A DNA stretch of 61,328 nt from Bacilli bacterium (GCA_017626815.1 JAGAHY010000187.1:1-61328), one strand, 5' to 3'. Positions 19,265 through 28,671 are shown, numbered from the stretch's first letter. Notes: generated from the sequence alone by a model not told the origin. A program made the numbers and translations.

Positions 19265-22200
19265 TATTCCTTATTCTCTTCTTCTACTTTCGTTTCTGGG
19301 GAAGGTTCGGCGGGTTTTTCTTCCGCTTTCACTTCCGCTTCTTCGGCGGGTTTTTGAACATTATCTTCCGCTTTTGCAGGGTTTTGTTCCGGATTAGCGG
19401 GTTTTTGTTCAGGGTTAGCCGCGCCAGGAACGGGACGGATTTCCAATTGGACACGGAGCAAATTGACGACGACATCGACGCTGATTGCGTCGACGAGGAG
19501 GCTAACTAACGGGGTGCCTTCTTTGACATAACGTTCTTGGGCATCTTCTTGTCCAGAAGCCAACACGGATTCCTTATAGCGGAGCAAGTTCTTGTGATGT
19601 TGTTCCCAATCGCGATCGATGACCTGCATGACGACGCTGCGCTCAACAAAGTCGGCCTGTTCGGGAGTCCATTGTTTGCGGCGTTGCAAATATTTGGCAT
19701 AGAAGGTGTCGCTGAGCTTCTTCGCAGCATCAGTGATATTCAACCCTTCATAGTCGGCAGGGACGAAGGAGCCAGCTTCGATGAAGTTGGGTTCCAACAT
19801 ACCCTTTAATGCTTCCACATCGACAACGTCTTCTTTAGCGACGCGGGTCGCAAGGGCCCTGCCGCAATTGGCGAAGAAGTCACGGATGGTTTTGACGGTG
19901 CTGGGGATGACGCGGATGGTTTCACGCAAATCCTTGGCAACCTTGTGATGAGAGGCGACGACATCGTCCTCGTCAGGGGTCTCAGACTGCTTTGGAGCTT
20001 CCTGAGGCTGCTGCGCGGGACGAGGTTGATTGGTCTGCGCGTCGACGACATTGCCGGAGTTTTCGGCCTTGGCGGTCTCGCCTTGAGGCTGTTCTTGCTG
20101 CGGTTCTTGTTTGTTGATGCGGACACGCATGAAGTTATAGACGCAGTCGACGGCGATGTTCTCATTCATCTCGCGGAAGAGGGCATAGCCTTCGTTAACG
20201 TAGTCTTGTAACGGATTGGTCTGGGCGTAGGAACGTAAGCCGATACCATCGCGCAAGTGGGACATGGTATCGATGTGTTTGGTCCAGTTACGGTCAATGA
20301 CAGACAAAGAAACGTTGCGTTCAATGTAATCCGCCTGTTCATCGGTCCATTCTTTGCGGCGTTGGAGATAACGTTGATAGAGGAATTCGCCAAGGTCTTC
20401 GCCGCCTTCTTCAACCGCCGCTTCTTCATAGGCTTTGTAAGGGAAGGAACCTTCATCGACGAAGGAAGGTTCGACCAAGCGTTTGAGTTCTTCCGCGTTG
20501 ATCAAGCCTTCGTCACGGCCTTGCATGACGGCTTTCTTGGCGAGATGTTTGCCGGTTTCGACGAAGAAACCGTGGACCATCTCGGTGATGTCGCCAGCGA
20601 GCATGATGTTGTCGCGGCGGGTATAGACGATTTGACGCTGCTTGGCGAGAACATCGTCGTAATCTAAAAGGTTTTTACGGGTATCGAAGTTACGACCTTC
20701 GATTTGTTTTTGGGCGTTGGTGACGACGTTTTGAATCATACGATTCTCTAAGTGGTCGTCGCCAAGTTGCTTCTGGAAGGTCTCGCGGATGTTGTCCGGG
20801 ACGAAACGGCGCATCAATTCGTCGTCGAAGGAGACATAGAAACGGGAATAGCCGGGGTCGCCCTGACGGCCGGAACGACCGCGGAGCTGGTTGTCGATAC
20901 GGCGGGATTCATGACGTTCTGTGCCAAGGACGCAAAGGCCGCCAAGTTCTTTGACGCCTTCGCCAAGCTTAATGTCGGTACCACGACCCGCCATGTTGGT
21001 GGCAAGGGTGATGGCGCCTTTTTCGCCGGCGTGGGAGATGATTTCAGCCTCGCGGGCGGCATTTTTCGCATTCAAGACTTCGTGGGGAAGGCCAGCGGCA
21101 GTGAGCAACGCGGAGATTTCTTCGTTGGATTCGACGGAAGAGGTACCGATAAGAACCGGCTGCCCTTTCTCATGACGGGCACGGACTTCGTCGACAAGGC
21201 CGGCGAGTTTGGCTTTGTGGGTGCCATAGATATGGTCATCATCATCGATACGTTGAATCGGACGGTTGGTCGGGATGACGATGACCTTCATGTTGTAAAT
21301 CTTCTCGAATTCTTCTTCCTCGGTCTTGGCGGTACCGGTCATGCCGGCACACTTCTTGTAAAGACGGAAGAAGTTCTGGTAAGTAATCGTCGCCATGACG
21401 ACGGTTTCTTGTTTGATTTCGACGCCTTCTTTGGCTTGGATGGCCTGCTGTAAGCCATCGTTATATTCACGGCCCTTCATGACACGGCCGGTGAATTGGT
21501 CGATCAATTGGATCTGATGCTCGGAATCGACCATGTACTCGACGTCGCGGGCCATGATGTAATTGGCCTTTAACGCCTGGTGGATACGGTGGACCAAATC
21601 TTGGTTCTCGGGATCATAAAGGTTGCGGATCCCGAACATTTTTTCGGCTTTATCGTTACCCGAGTCGGTCAAAGAAGCGGTTTTGGTCTTAATATCGACG
21701 GTGAAATCTTTCTCCTTGCGGAGCATCTTAACAAAGCGGTCCGCGACTTGATATTGAGAAGCGGAAGACTTCTTACCACCGGAAATAATAAGCGGGGTAC
21801 GGGATTCGTCGACGAGGACGGAGTCGGCTTCGTCGACAATGCAGAACTTCAAGCCACGTAAGACACGGCCGGACATTGAAGTAGCCATGTTGTCACGGAG
21901 ATAGTCGAAGCCAAGTTCGGAGTTCGTGGTATAGGTGATATCGCAGAGATAAGCTTCACGCTTTTCCGCGGTGGTTTTGGAAGCGAGGTTGACGCCGACG
22001 GTCAAACCGAGGAAACGGTAGACCTGGCCCATCCACTCCGCGTCACGAGCCGCGAGGTATTCGTTAACGGTAATGACGTGGACACCTTCGCCTTTTAACG
22101 CGTTGAGGTAAACGGCCATCGTCGCGGTCAAGGTCTTACCTTCACCGGTACGCATCTCGGCGATGTTGCCGCCATTTAAGACCAACGAGCCGATGATCTG

Positions 22201-22473
22201 AACTTTGAACGGCTTTTGTTTTAGTGTACGCCAAGCGGCTTCACGAGCCACGGCGAAAGCTTCGATTTTGATCTCTTCAAGACGACGGTCTTTTTCTTCG
22301 TCAGTGGTTGCTTCGGCGAGGTATTTTTTGTATTCCTCGGTTTTGGCGCGAAGTTGCTCATCGCTAAGCGCGGTCATCTTTTCGTCGAGGGCCATAACGC
22401 TGTCGGCGACGCGGGCAAGCCGCTTTAGTTCCCTTTTCTCAAGGTGGAAGATTGCTTCAATAAAATTTGCCAC
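19264..22473 (-). CDS. secA: Preprotein translocase ATPase SecA, with a duplicated C-terminal helical module (1069 aa)
   Basis: GTG start with AAGGAGAG upstream. Walker A MRTGEGKTL, DEAD-like IVDEADS. Residues ~625-788 and ~845-1013 are paralogous and separated by a Q/P-rich linker. There is no Cys-rich zinc tail. Confidence 0.93.
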   Translation of the reverse strand: MANFIEAIFHLEKRELKRLARVADSVMALDEKMTALSDEQLRAKTEEYKKYLAEATTDEEKDRRLEEIKIEAFAVAREAAWRTLKQKPFKVQIIGSLVLNGGNIAEMRTGEGKTLTATMAVYLNALKGEGVHVITVNEYLAARDAEWMGQVYRFLGLTVGVNLASKTTAEKREAYLCDITYTTNSELGFDYLRDNMATSMSGRVLRGLKFCIVDEADSVLVDESRTPLIISGGKKSSASQYQVADRFVKMLRKEKDFTVDIKTKTASLTDSGNDKAEKMFGIRNLYDPENQDLVHRIHQALKANYIMARDVEYMVDSEHQIQLIDQFTGRVMKGREYNDGLQQAIQAKEGVEIKQETVVMATITYQNFFRLYKKCAGMTGTAKTEEEEFEKIYNMKVIVIPTNRPIQRIDDDDHIYGTHKAKLAGLVDEVRARHEKGQPVLIGTSSVESNEEISALLTAAGLPHEVLNAKNAAREAEIISHAGEKGAITLATNMAGRGTDIKLGEGVKELGGLCVLGTERHESRRIDNQLRGRSGRQGDPGYSRFYVSFDDELMRRFVPDNIRETFQKQLGDDHLENRMIQNVVTNAQKQIEGRNFDTRKNLLDYDDVLAKQRQIVYTRRDNIMLAGDITEMVHGFFVETGKHLAKKAVMQGRDEGLINAEELKRLVEPSFVDEGSFPYKAYEEAAVEEGGEDLGEFLYQRYLQRRKEWTDEQADYIERNVSLSVIDRNWTKHIDTMSHLRDGIGLRSYAQTNPLQDYVNEGYALFREMNENIAVDCVYNFMRVRINKQEPQQEQPQGETAKAENSGNVVDAQTNQPRPAQQPQEAPKQSETPDEDDVVASHHKVAKDLRETIRVIPSTVKTIRDFFANCGRALATRVAKEDVVDVEALKGMLEPNFIEAGSFVPADYEGLNITDAAKKLSDTFYAKYLQRRKQWTPEQADFVERSVVMQVIDRDWEQHHKNLLRYKESVLASGQEDAQERYVKEGTPLVSLLVDAISVDVVVNLLRVQLEIRPVPGAANPEQKPANPEQNPAKAEDNVQKPAEEAEVKAEEKPAEPSPETKVEEENKE

Positions 22474-22504
22474 GGAAACTCTCCTTACTCAAAAGTGCCC
22501 GTAA

Positions 22505-22533
22505 ATCATACCAAACTCATCGCGCATAGACAA
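22505..22533 (-). promoter_or_regulatory. Candidate secA promoter
   Basis: Minus strand TTGTCT-17 nt-TATGAT, with TG at the extended -10 position (TGGTATGAT). Confidence 0.5.
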
Positions 22534-22641
22534 TATACGCGCTCACACGTATATAAAGATTGTGACTTTCCGTTAGTTCGCAAGTAAATTGCAACAGCCG
22601 GCCGCGGCCTGTCGCGTTTCTCCCGTGAATTCGCTCAAGAT

Positions 22642-22665
22642 ATTTATCTACCAATTTATCTACCA
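22642..22665. repeat. Perfect tandem 12-mer (ATTTATCTACCA x2)
   Basis: Read directly from the sequence. It is intergenic, about 110 bp upstream of the secA promoter. Confidence 0.9.
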
Positions 22666-22814
22666 AATGAGTTATGAGGAGAGAAAAAGGAGCGGCGCAA
22701 AGCGGGGGGCGGACGCCGTTCAAAGGCAAATTTCGTGTAATGACCTACGGGTTCTTTGTTTTTGTTGACATGGTTATGTCTCCTTGGTTTAATAAGCCCG
22801 TCGGTGATTTGCCT

Positions 22815-23141
22815 TCATTGGCTTCGTAGCCGGCCTTTTTTTATCCTTTTGACTTTTCTTTTGTCATTTCGATCCCAATTCCAGTCATAGACTTTGTCGC
22901 CGAATGATCTGGCTTCATCGTTGTAGGTTTCCGGGATTAAATAAAACTGGCCGTCCTTGTTCTTGTTGGGATGGTGATAGAGGGGAATGTTTTTTATGGT
23001 GGTTTTAACACCCTTCTTTTTCGTTCTCGTCATCGTTGGCTTGGACGAAATCAAAATGTTCCTTCGTTTCGATTTTGATTGTTTGTAAATATAGGCATAG
23101 TGCTTCCGCTTTTTGTTATACCTAAACTCGCTGATGGCCAT
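22815..23141 (-). CDS. Small very basic hypothetical protein (108 aa)
   Basis: MAISEFRYNKKRKHYAYIYK...NIPLYHHPNKNKDGQFYLIP...WNWDRNDKRKVKRIKK. I moved the start from the track TTG at 23216 to the ATG at 23141. It resembles small basic proteins I associate with Firmicute plasmids and ICEs, but this is unverified. Confidence 0.4.
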   Translation of the reverse strand: MAISEFRYNKKRKHYAYIYKQSKSKRRNILISSKPTMTRTKKKGVKTTIKNIPLYHHPNKNKDGQFYLIPETYNDEARSFGDKVYDWNWDRNDKRKVKRIKKGRLRSQ

Positions 23142-23226
23142 AGACGATTTCTCCGAGAAGTTCCGCTCTTCTCCGCTTCTTTCATCGGATGGTTCAAGCG
23201 GTAGCCTTCGTTGCAAAAAATGGTTT

Positions 23227-23451
23227 TTACTTACGTTTGGCGGACTTCCTCGCCTTGGGCTCCGGGAAGGTGTACTTGGTTACATAGCGGTACTTGTTTC
23301 CAGAGTTAGATTCGACGGCGTGTTCCTCAATCTTGTCGACTTTGGATCCGCTCAAGGGCGACGAACGGGTAACCTTGGCTTTTCGACCTCCCAAAGTGGC
23401 GGAATCGTTGAGCTTTTGGGCGACTTCTTTGTGGTATTGGCCCTCGGTCAT
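23227..23451 (-). CDS. Small basic hypothetical protein (74 aa)
   Basis: MTEGQYHKEVAQKLNDSATLGGRKAKV...KARKSAKRK. The start follows GGAGCGG. The upstream part of the track ORF is antisense to an ATPase relic and was trimmed. Confidence 0.3.
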   Translation of the reverse strand: MTEGQYHKEVAQKLNDSATLGGRKAKVTRSSPLSGSKVDKIEEHAVESNSGNKYRYVTKYTFPEPKARKSAKRK

Positions 23452-23471
23452 TTTCCGCTCCATCGTGTTGA

Positions 23472-23651
23472 CGAGCTTGCCATTGCGGTAAACCTCATCT
23501 AAACGCGCCAAACTTCTATGCGGATTATATCGAGTCGTATTTGACCAAAGACGTCGCCGACATCGTGCAGCTTCATCGATCGAAAAACCTTCATAAAAAT
23601 CCAAAAATCGTGCAAATAGTTCGCTTTTTGCGCAAATTTATCGATTTTTGA
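23472..23651 (+). pseudogene. Short relic of an AAA ATPase (DUF4143-type) gene
   Basis: The frame reads ...NAPNFYADYIESYLTKDVADIVQL...IVRFLRK. This resembles the FY..Y..TY.ERDV..L motif of that family. Only about 50 codons remain, with no start codon. Confidence 0.3.
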
Positions 23652-23724
23652 ATTTTTAATATCCAATAGCATTCCAACTTTCTCATGCCTGGAAAATCAT
23701 TTACTCAAGCCGCCCGACAACAAG

Positions 23725-24381
23725 TTATCTAGCCGTCAGCTCTTTCCTGTTTTTGGGGACCTTTGCCATGACGAATGCCTCGAGTTTTTTCGGATGGAGT
23801 TGCTTGATTAACGATAGGCACGCCCTAGCCGTGGAACCTGTTGTGTAAACGTCATCAACGAATAGAATCTTCTCTTTCCGTAACGATGGCGTCGCCCGTA
23901 AACGCAGCATAGAACCAACCTTGGCGCGTTCCTTCTTGCCAAGGTCACTCTGCTTGATATCGCATGTTTTCTCGATAAGCGAAACCATCTTCTTTCCGAT
24001 GCCCTCAAACATCAGTGGGACATGATCAAAACCACGCGTGGCGATCTTGGTAAAATGCGACGGAGCGGGGATAAGAATATAGTCGCGGTACCTCAACTTC
24101 AAATAAGGCATGGCACGCTCTAAGAAACACTTGGATAACTCGATATCGCCACAGCCTTTATAGAGGTACAGTAGGCTTTGGTATTCCTCTAAATAAGGGT
24201 ATAGAGAGGTGAACTTGACCCCGTCTTCTTCCCAATGTTGGAATTTAGGGTCTAGACCTAAATAACATTTGAAACAAATGGACTTTGCTCCAAACGCAAA
24301 ATCGAAAAGAGAGATTTCACGAATTGGCCGATGACACATTTTGCAGAAATGTGTTGCAGTATTTGATTTCGTTAATGGCAT
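23725..24381 (-). CDS. comFC: ComF family protein (phosphoribosyltransferase-like), ComFC
   Basis: N-terminal Cys pairs (CKMC...CFKC) and a PRTase motif ILFVDDVYTTGST. Confidence 0.85.
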   Translation of the reverse strand: MPLTKSNTATHFCKMCHRPIREISLFDFAFGAKSICFKCYLGLDPKFQHWEEDGVKFTSLYPYLEEYQSLLYLYKGCGDIELSKCFLERAMPYLKLRYRDYILIPAPSHFTKIATRGFDHVPLMFEGIGKKMVSLIEKTCDIKQSDLGKKERAKVGSMLRLRATPSLRKEKILFVDDVYTTGSTARACLSLIKQLHPKKLEAFVMAKVPKNRKELTAR

Positions 24382-25486
24382 CTTTCATCCCCTCGCTTTC
24401 CTGGTTGGCCAAAAAGAGCACCTCCCCTTTTGGCGCATCCGCCTTCCTCCCTGCTCTGCCCGCGATCTGAATCAAAGCTGCAGAATCATAGATTTGATTG
24501 TCTGACCCGAAGACGATGACCTGTAAATCGCGGATAGTTACGCCGCGTTCTAGGACCGCTGTAGTGATGAGGTAACGGTATTTCCCTTTTTTAAATAATT
24601 CAATTATTTCGGACCGCTTTACGCGCTTGCTCGATACATAATTACCTCCTGGAACAAACCATTTCGTAAACGAAAATAGGCTTTCTGCCTGGGCTACGGA
24701 GGGTACAAAAACAAGGCACTGCTTTCCCTTTTTCTTATATTCGCGGAGCTTTTTAATCAGCAAAAGATATTTCAAAGGCCCGAAACTAATTGCGGCCTTA
24801 GGCACGGGTATTGGCTTTTTATGGTAACGTGTCCGTAATGAAAGCATATCGTGGCCAGGCCTAGAAAACTCTTTGATGATGGCTTTCGAAGGGGTCGCGC
24901 TCATCATGACACAATGCCCTCTTAACGACGCTTTAAAGAAAGCAACAAGCGTTTCATCCCCTTTAAACGGGAAAGCATCGATTTCATCCATAACCAAAAG
25001 ATCGAAATATTTAGGGTAACGGTATAACTGATGGGTGGTCAAAATGATGCAATCGCCTACCAAGACGTCGTTATGCTGGCCATAAACCGCCACGATTTTA
25101 TTGCTGGGGAAGGCATCCTTAAGTCTCATGTATAGCTCGATAACAACGTCCCGCCGAGGCAAGGCAAAGCCAACCTTTAAGCCCTTGGACATGGCATAAC
25201 CGATGACGCCGTAAGATATTTCCGTTTTTCCCGAGCCACAGACCGCGTAAACCAGCGTATCAATACCATTCTTATAGTTCTCTACGATCGAATCGGATAA
25301 TGTTTTCTGTTCTTTCGATAGAGAATAAGCGAGACTAAGCCTCACTGGCCTTGCCTCCGTTTTCTCTTCTTTGACCAGGTTACCATTAAAGCCAATGCAT
25401 CTGCGGCAATACTTTTCGCCGTTTTTTATGCCGATGAAGGCTGGATCTTTATTCCCACAACGGGGACACACAAAAAATTTTCCCAT
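24317..25486 (-). CDS. comFA: Competence helicase ComFA (DEAD/DEAH-box)
   Basis: N-terminal zinc ribbon CPRCGN...CRRC. Walker A CGSGKTE, DEID box VMDEIDAF, and motif VI QIAGRAGR. Confidence 0.85.
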   Translation of the reverse strand: MGKFFVCPRCGNKDPAFIGIKNGEKYCRRCIGFNGNLVKEEKTEARPVRLSLAYSLSKEQKTLSDSIVENYKNGIDTLVYAVCGSGKTEISYGVIGYAMSKGLKVGFALPRRDVVIELYMRLKDAFPSNKIVAVYGQHNDVLVGDCIILTTHQLYRYPKYFDLLVMDEIDAFPFKGDETLVAFFKASLRGHCVMMSATPSKAIIKEFSRPGHDMLSLRTRYHKKPIPVPKAAISFGPLKYLLLIKKLREYKKKGKQCLVFVPSVAQAESLFSFTKWFVPGGNYVSSKRVKRSEIIELFKKGKYRYLITTAVLERGVTIRDLQVIVFGSDNQIYDSAALIQIAGRAGRKADAPKGEVLFLANQESEGMKDAINEIKYCNTFLQNVSSANS

Positions 25487-25509
25487 ACTTACCTATAGTC
25501 GGGAAAGTG

Positions 25510-25545
25510 AAAAAATGGACAAACTTAAGGTAAAAAGTTTGTCCA
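25510..25545 (-). terminator. Intrinsic terminator after the tsaC-rpiB fusion gene
   Basis: On the minus strand, GGACAAACT/AGTTTGTCC forms a 9-bp stem followed by TTTTTT. Confidence 0.8.
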
Positions 25546-25577
25546 AATCATTAGAAATGCCAAGTATTAAGAAAACG

Positions 25578-26627
25578 TTAGCATTTTTCTTCTAGGAGGT
25601 CGACGCGGCGATGATGCTTCGCTTCAACCGAGAAAGGAGTCGAAAGGAATAGGTCCACGCGACGCAACACGTCTTCAAGCTTCATGTATTTTTGGCCGAA
25701 GGCAATCATGTTCGCGTTGTTGTGCTCGCGAAGCTTTACACTGACGCCATCATCATAGCCAATGCCGCAGCGGACCCCCGCCACTTTATTCGCTGCGATG
25801 GAGATTCCTTCGCCCGAAGTGCACACGATGATGCCAAAATCCGATTCGCCACTAGCGACGGACTTTGCCGCAGCCTTGCCGAAGATAGGATAGTCGCAAG
25901 AAGCCTCGGAATTGGTGCCAAAATCAAGCACGTTATAGCCTTGCTTTTTAAGATGCTCAGCAATCGCATTTTTATAAGCAAAACCACCATGGTCTGAACC
26001 AAGAGAGATGGTTTTTGCAGGCTTTTTATAAATTTTTGCAATCTTTTCAAAAGGCAAAGAGCCTTGGCGAATCAGCTTAGGTTCATCACCAGTAAGGTCT
26101 ACGACTGTCGAGGGAATGCTCGAAACGCAGGACCCTTTAATGATGACCGAGACACGGCCATCAAAGGTAGCCAGAGCGCTTTCAAAATCTAAGGCTGGCT
26201 TCTGCCCAGAAAGGTTCGCGGAGCTGACCAATAATGGTTCGCCAAGTTCATCAATAAAAGAAAGCACTTCTTTGCTGTTGGGGATGCGCACCCCAGTAAC
26301 ACCCGTTCCCAAATCGACGCAATGCGGCGTCATAGGGCGAGACTTCAAGAGAACGGTAAGCTCGCCAGGCATCAACTCTTGAAGCACGTCGGAGATGCCA
26401 GCATTCACTTCGCAACGGCTCACAACTTGTTCAATTTGGGAGCACATCAACGTAAACGGTTTTTCCGCCGGACGATCCTTAGAGTCACGCAATAAGTGAT
26501 AGTATTCTTCCTCGGCACGGCAAGCGATACCATAAACCGTTTCGGTGGGGAAAAGAACGACTTCTCCCTGTTTTAATGCTTCGATAGCGACGCTGCGGTT
26601 TTCCCATTCAACAACTTGAGTTTTCAT
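25578..26627 (-). CDS. Fusion protein: threonylcarbamoyl-AMP synthase (YrdC/TsaC domain) + ribose-5-phosphate isomerase B
   Basis: The N-terminal half has PTETVYG, SSANLSG and STVVD (YrdC fold). The C-terminal ~145 aa has GSDHGG, VCTSGEG, NNANMIAFG and HHRRV (RpiB/LacAB). Confidence 0.85.
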   Translation of the reverse strand: MKTQVVEWENRSVAIEALKQGEVVLFPTETVYGIACRAEEEYYHLLRDSKDRPAEKPFTLMCSQIEQVVSRCEVNAGISDVLQELMPGELTVLLKSRPMTPHCVDLGTGVTGVRIPNSKEVLSFIDELGEPLLVSSANLSGQKPALDFESALATFDGRVSVIIKGSCVSSIPSTVVDLTGDEPKLIRQGSLPFEKIAKIYKKPAKTISLGSDHGGFAYKNAIAEHLKKQGYNVLDFGTNSEASCDYPIFGKAAAKSVASGESDFGIIVCTSGEGISIAANKVAGVRCGIGYDDGVSVKLREHNNANMIAFGQKYMKLEDVLRRVDLFLSTPFSVEAKHHRRVDLLEEKC

Positions 26628-26633
26628 ATTTTT

Positions 26634-27479
26634 TTACCTACAAAACACGAACAAAAAGCGTGTTAAACCATTCAAATCCTTGATGAACTCGTATTCATAG
26701 TCTTCCAAATACTCCTTCATCATCTTGGTCAGCATATCCTCCAAATCGTAACCAATTTCAAAGGCCATAAGGAGACTGCCCTTCTTCACTTTCTTATAAT
26801 TCTTGAAGATATCTTCATAGACGTTATTCTCGGGGGTTAAATAAAGCGCACCTTCAGGTTCATAATCCTTCACCGAGTCCTGGACCTCTTCCTTATTTAA
26901 GATATAGGGAGGGTTGGAAATAATGATGTCTAAGTTCATCTTGGCGTCGATGTAAGGTTGTAAACTTTTGCCTTCGAGAAGTGTCGCGTTGACGTTGTAA
27001 TCCTTGATGTTTTTGCGGGCCACTTCCAAAGCGCCTTTGGAGACATCGCTGCCCACGAGCAACCAATTTGGGAACAAGGAACGCAGGGCGCATAAAATCG
27101 CGCCTGAGCCCGTCCCGATATCCGCGACGACCAAATAGTTCCGCGGGTCATAATAATCCACGACCTTTTCGGAGAGGTTGGCGATGAGTTCTTGCGTCTC
27201 CATTCTCGGGATCAAAACGCGTTGATCAACATAGAGTTTCGTATGGAGAAAAGTCGCCTCGTTAATGACGTATTCCACAGGCATTCCTTGAATTAACTTT
27301 GCAAAATCCCGTTCAAATTCCTGAATTTTCGTAAATTCGTCGTCCTTATGGAACAAAGTATCGATCGGTTCGGCATAGCCCATCTTATGCGCGATAAGGA
27401 CACGGATATCCTGAGAAGAAACGCCATGTTCCTTCCCTTGATTCATCGCATTAAGATAGGCTTCGTAAATCTTAGGCAT
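26634..27479 (-). CDS. prmC: Release-factor glutamine methyltransferase
   Basis: ORF track gives 26634..27572. I moved the start to the ATG at 27479 (MPKIYEAYL), which overlaps the end of prfA by 8 nt. SAM motif GTGSGAI and catalytic NPPY. Confidence 0.88.
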   Translation of the reverse strand: MPKIYEAYLNAMNQGKEHGVSSQDIRVLIAHKMGYAEPIDTLFHKDDEFTKIQEFERDFAKLIQGMPVEYVINEATFLHTKLYVDQRVLIPRMETQELIANLSEKVVDYYDPRNYLVVADIGTGSGAILCALRSLFPNWLLVGSDVSKGALEVARKNIKDYNVNATLLEGKSLQPYIDAKMNLDIIISNPPYILNKEEVQDSVKDYEPEGALYLTPENNVYEDIFKNYKKVKKGSLLMAFEIGYDLEDMLTKMMKEYLEDYEYEFIKDLNGLTRFLFVFCR

Positions 27480-28560
27480 TCTGATTCTCCTGCTCGAGGA
27501 GCTTTTGTTCTTGGTCGAAGTGGATAAGCGCCTCGATGATGCCGTCGAGTTCGCCTTCCATGATGCGGTCAAGTTGGTTTACGGTATAGCCGACGCGATG
27601 GTCGGTCACGCGGTTTTGCGGATAGTTATAGGTACGGATCTTTTCCGAACGTTCGCCGGTGCCGACTTTAAGCTTTCTTTCGGTCGCGCGCTTGGCATCT
27701 TCTTGTTCTTGGAAGAAGGCGAAGACTTTCGCGCGGATCATCTGCATCGCGATTTCTTTATTCTGTAGCTGCGCTTTTTCGGTTTGGCACGCCGCGACGA
27801 TGCCGGTGGGAAGGTGGGTAATACGGACCGCGGATTCGGTCTTATTGACGTTTTGGCCACCCGCACCCTGGGAATGATACGTGTCAATCTTCAAATCGGA
27901 GGGGTTGATATGAACGTCGACCTCTTTGGCTTCCGGCATGACCAAGACGGTCGCGGTGGACGTATGAATACGCCCGCTGGCTTCCGTCTTTGGAACGCGT
28001 TGGACGCGGTGGGCGCCCGATTCGAACTTTAATTTGGAATAGACGGATTCGCCTTTGATCATGAAGGAAATGTTGGAATAGCCACCAGAAGCGCCTAATG
28101 AAGCGTCGAGAAGTTGGATTTTCCAGCCCTGTTTTTCGGCGTACTTGGTATACATACGGACCAAATCGCCAGCGAAAATGTTGGCCTCGTCGCCACCGAC
28201 CGCCCCACGGATTTCAACAATGATGTTTTTATCGTCATTGGGGTCTTTGGGGAGAAGGATAATTTTGAATTGTTCCTCTAATTTATCGATGGTCTCTTGG
28301 GCTTCTTTGCGGGTCTCCTTGGCGAATTCCGCTAATTCGGGATCGCCGGAGTTTTCCATCTCCAAAGAGTCCGCGATATCCTGCTCTGCCTTTAAATAAA
28401 GAAGATAGGCTTCATAGGCTTCGCGCAAATCCGCCTGCTCTTTCGTCATTTTCGTGAAGTTCGCGAGGTCGTCCGCCGCGTCTTCTTTTCCTAATTCAAC
28501 ATCAAGCTGTTGATACCTTGCTTTCGTGGCTTCAAGCCGCTTTCTCATTGATTCTTCCAT
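27472..28560 (-). CDS. prfA: Peptide chain release factor 1
   Basis: PKT tripeptide ([14 protein letters not shown]) and GGQ motif (GAGGQNVNK). Confidence 0.95.
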   Translation of the reverse strand: MEESMRKRLEATKARYQQLDVELGKEDAADDLANFTKMTKEQADLREAYEAYLLYLKAEQDIADSLEMENSGDPELAEFAKETRKEAQETIDKLEEQFKIILLPKDPNDDKNIIVEIRGAVGGDEANIFAGDLVRMYTKYAEKQGWKIQLLDASLGASGGYSNISFMIKGESVYSKLKFESGAHRVQRVPKTEASGRIHTSTATVLVMPEAKEVDVHINPSDLKIDTYHSQGAGGQNVNKTESAVRITHLPTGIVAACQTEKAQLQNKEIAMQMIRAKVFAFFQEQEDAKRATERKLKVGTGERSEKIRTYNYPQNRVTDHRVGYTVNQLDRIMEGELDGIIEALIHFDQEQKLLEQENQNA

Positions 28561-28671
28561 GTTTGGTACCTGCCAGGTCGAATTATAGCAAAAGCCGGCT
28601 ACGGATAAAACGCTAACTAATCTTTGATTAGACCTAGGAAGAAGGGCGCACTCCGTTTATAATTCCATGTA

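Noticed and set aside
22517-22729. 70-aa minus-strand ORF upstream of secA
   Set aside because: It overlaps the predicted secA promoter and the 12-mer repeat. It has no SD and an odd composition.
28561-28671. SRP (scRNA) gene or replication origin in the prfA/dnaX divergent interval
   Set aside because: scRNA often precedes dnaX in Firmicutes. This 111-bp interval has CCAGGTC and AGCA strings but cannot form the conserved domain IV helix with a GNRA loop. Only one 7/9 DnaA-box-like site (TTATCCGTA) is present, and the strand switch is not maintained beyond 35.3 kb.
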